DNA of 64,000 nucleotides from Selaginella moellendorffii (Eukaryota; Plantae; Lycopodiophyta): NCBI RefSeq assembly GCF_000143415.4, contig NW_003314352.1, positions 612,278 to 676,277 of the forward strand, read 5' to 3'. Shown piece by piece: positions 60,503 to 64,000 of this stretch (position 1 is its first letter; each line of letters starts with the position of its first letter). The notes under the pieces were generated by a model. It saw only the letters and a program-made list of their open reading frames with translations, ran no database searches and was not told where the DNA came from. The position numbers and the translations under genes were made by a program.

Positions 60503-61432
60503 TATGAAAGGTTTCTACACCAATCCAGGCACAGTGAGTGTGAGTGTGCGTGTCTGTGTGTGTTTTTTGTGTGAGTACAACTTTCTTCTCTCTCTCTCTC
60601 TCTCTCGCTCACTCTCACTCCTCTCTCACACTCTTCTTCGTTTTCATTCCTTTGGTAATTTTTGCTCCTCCAGAATCTCTTTGTTTCGCTTAATCAGCTA
60701 CTCTTACTCAGCAGCCCGGAAGCTGGATCGATCTAGAAGTCAGCTAGCTGACATTACTTTTACATGTAACATTCTTGTTGCCAAAGAAATGTCAAGGACA
60801 GGGAAAGAGAGGAAGAAAAGCATCCTGGAAAAAAAAAAAATTTCCTCTCTCTCCCATTCATTGTCTCTTGCTCGTTTCTTGCGAGACAAGCGAAGCGCGC
60901 AAACGAGGAGCAGCAGCACAGCAGCCTTTGCGCGCACTAATCATACAAAACCGTTCGAAACGGTTTTCATGACAACCAAGAACGAAACCAGAAAAGAAGG
61001 GTTTCTACCATTGTTCCACTTTTGCGGGACAAGCACGACACAAAACACGCACTGTTGCTTGCTGGGAGGTTTCACGGGATCTGTTACGGAATATACCTCC
61101 CTCACTTCCCGGGGCCACCATGGGCCATAAAGACATAACCGAAAGCAAAAAGAATTTCACTAGCGCGGGTGACAGGCCACTCGAAGCGCGAATCATTCCC
61201 CGAGCTTGCAAAGGTCTCTGGCTATGGCGGCACAGCCTTTCCACGCTCTCTCTTTCTCGTAGAAATAAAACCATTGTTTGTTTCGTTCGATTCGAGAGCT
61301 ACCTTTTACATGCTTCTATTTTTCTCTTCCTTTTTTCTTCTGACTTATTTGCCTTTTTCGACCTTACGTTTGACTGATCGCGGCTCTTGATACGCGCTTA
61401 TGTATCACTTAAGATCTCAAAATCAAGAGAAG

Positions 61433-61435
<3 letters not shown>

Positions 61436-61470
<35 letters not shown>
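61436..61470. repeat. (AG)n microsatellite
   Basis: About 17 AG units. Confidence 0.9.
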
Positions 61471-61473
<3 letters not shown>

Positions 61474-61721
61474 GGAATGCAAGAACCGGGAGCGAGCAAT
61501 TAAGCAGCCAGCGCTTCCAAACTCTATATGTAAAGTTACTCGTTCTTGCCTCGCACAGCCTCAGACCAAAAAAAAAACGAGTGAGAGAGGGAGAGATCGA
61601 GCAAAGAAAGGGGAGGAGGAAAGAAAGAATTTACTCAGCCACGACTTCCACCACCACCATGTCCGTGTTTTCTCCTTGCGAGCGATGGTGGTGTAACTGG
61701 TGTTGTTGGTGTTGTTGTTGT

Positions 61722-63531
61722 TCACACCTCCGAGAGCCACTCGTGGCCATTGATGAAGTTGATCTGCATGAACGGCCTGGCCTCGTAATCGTTGAGCTCG
61801 TGAGACCAACTGACACGGCCCGATTCGCCGGCACCCGGTCCACTGCATTTGTACTGGCCGAAGAAGACCGTCCTGGAGGGAGCAAAAGCTTACAGAGATT
61901 AGAAACAGCATCGGGTGAGGAATCTTTCCACGGACCCCTGCTCCAAATCGCGAGGAGCGGCATCCCATGAGACACAAAAGGAAAGCATTTAAAAGGAAAA
62001 CGAATCCAATACACAGGCAGTCGCAATCCCCGGGACTCGGGACAAAGCAAGCCAACAAGCAGCCAAGAAAACAATGCGGGAATCCCTGCCAAAATCCATG
62101 GAGAAAAAACCAAAGCCAATGGCGGAAGCAAGCCTTGTCCAGAAAGAAAAAAAATCCTAGGATGCCGGAGGGAGTTAAGTACCTTTGTCGCTGCGGTTCC
62201 CCCCAATCGTACCAGCCTTCGGGGATGATCACATTGTCCATGCGCGTGTTGATGTAGACGATGCGGGAGTAGGCTCCCCAGGCACGCCCCAGAAACACCT
62301 GCCCTTTGGATCCGGTGATGGTACAATCCACAAAGACGAAACCGGAGCTGTCGCTGGGATTCCAGCGGTTGTGAGCAGCCAGCGAGCCATACGACTCCGC
62401 AATGCTATGGAGCTCACACTCCTGAAGATAAGAAAAGCTAGCGTCAGTTTCCAGATCGGTCGATCACTACTTTTCGAGTAAACTAGAACTTACCCGAAAG
62501 ATGGATTGGGCATGGCCGAAGATCACGTCAATGGATCCCTCAATGTAGCAATCGCGGAAGTAATGCCTGCCTTGATAGTCGAAGAGGGTGTCTTGAGCGC
62601 CGTAGAAGCCGCAGGAGTAAAACGCTTGCATGTCTGCTGCTGCCAGCGCGGCCACCGCTTGCCTGTTCTCTGCTCCTGGAGGTGGTGCTGGTGATCCGTT
62701 CTGCTCACCACAATGAATCGCAGAGGAGAAAAAAAAAAAAAACCATTTGTCAAACCAAGCACGAACGCAAAGACATAAAAGCCAAGTACTTGCCTTAAAG
62801 CTGATTCCTTTGGCGATGAAACTCGGGGCCCAAGCCGTGAATGTAGCACTGTCGGCCGTGCCCGACCGGCTAGCGGCATCGTTCCATTCGATCGTCGTCT
62901 TGTCCCTCCCCGCTCCCTGGAAGATTATGAAGGGCTTGTTGTAGGGGATGATCACCTTCTCCCTGCTCGTCAATCAATCCATTCCGGAATCGTTGCTAGG
63001 AATTGCGACAAAGGAGAAATCTTGTTCTTACCTGTAGAGGCCGGCATTGATCTGGACGTAGACCCACTGCTTGTTGTCGAGAGGGATGGAATCCACGGCG
63101 GCTTGAATCGTCTTGAAATTCCCATGGCCGTATTGATCCACGATGAGGTACTTGGAGATGGCCATCTGCTTGAAAGGATTCCGAGCCTTGCGATTCTTGT
63201 GCATCTGCTGGTTCCACACGCCCCTGCCGTGCCTGATCCTCCCGCCGCGCCGCCGCGCCCAGGAATTGAGCAGCCGGACGGCGGAATCCGGCGCCTTGAA
63301 GAAGCTCCTGTGCGCGGGGTGCTCATGCAAGGGAAGAAGCAGGGAGGGAGAGGGAGAAGAAGGAGATTCTTGATGCGCGATGCCGGCGCCGCTGCTGCTG
63401 TTCTTGGAGAGGATGCTCGTCAAGGCGGCGGCGGCGCGCGGATGAATCCGGGGATCTTGTTGCCCGCCGGCGGGGACGAGGAGCAAGATTATGGCGAGAG
63501 CGGCCGCGGCGACGAAAGATTGGACCTGCAT
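61722..63531 (-). CDS. Pectin methylesterase (no PMEI pro-domain), multi-exon
   Basis: Signal peptide, [43 protein letters not shown]. Ends [11 protein letters not shown]. Confidence 0.95.
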
Positions 63532-63835
63532 TGTGCGCTTTCTTGCTCCTTCCTGGTTTTCCCGCAAGAAATCCAGCTCTAGAGCGCCATGGCCGCCGGA
63601 TTGAGCGATCTCACAACGACATCGTTGTCTAGTTGCTGGAGCGCGCGCGCAAGAAGAGAGAGAGGGGAGAGAGAGAGAGAAGAGGGAGAGCTTCTTGCTC
63701 GGCCGGAGAAGAAAGACGACTCTGTTGGCCCTAATTTTTCTTTTGCTGACATCCCGTTATTTTATATGGGGAAGGAGGGGCAAAATGCCGGCTCAGGGCA
63801 TTTTGAGCTTTTTGCCCTAATTTTATATTACCAGC

Positions 63836-63949
63836 TTGGAAGATTGTATTTGATGGATTGATTCATCCAAGCTCTTTTGGAAGATTGTAATTGATGGATT
63901 GATTGATCCAAGTTCCTCTGGAAGATTGTATTTGATGGATCAAGCTCCT
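63836..63949. repeat. 41-bp tandem repeat x about 3
   Basis: (T/C)TGGAAGATTGTA(T/A)TTGATGGATTGATT(C/G)ATCCAAG at 63836 and 63877, plus a shortened copy at 63918. Confidence 0.88.
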
Positions 63950-64000
63950 GGCTTGCGTACCTTCGCTTCTCTATTTTAATGAATAGAAGAGAAAGAAAGC

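Overview
Eukaryotic, gene-dense land-plant genomic DNA. Introns are very short (about 45-70 nt), intergenic spacers are tiny and telo-boxes (AAACCCTA-like) are frequent. This pattern and the protein sequences fit the lycophyte Selaginella (probably S. moellendorffii; inference). About 25 intact protein-coding genes are supported: CUE protein, LDH, DCP2, WRKY, eIF5A, CYBDOM, PPD5, jagunal, SAMHD1/VEN4-like, MCM9, RMD1/DUF155, mitochondrial ATP synthase delta', THUMP, plastid ATPD, NYC1, SEC14, cryptochrome, Hv1, HDC1, two glycine-rich RRM proteins, an EID1-like F-box protein and a pectin methylesterase, plus several orphans. The window also holds two tRNA genes, a 100-N assembly gap, and MYB, PPR and coiled-coil pseudogene debris. 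Best leads: (1) a tandem pair of five-exon genes for signal-peptide proteins of no plant family I recognise (37938-40722), in an AT-richer island between tRNA-Gln and tRNA-Leu; (2) an intact stand-alone Ty3/gypsy Gag-derived ORF (3751-4581), without pol or LTRs, nested in the one long intron of an orphan gene; (3) two long fold-back hairpins (12102-12179 and 13324-13439) that are miRNA or MITE candidates. All splice models were read by eye and no database searches were run.
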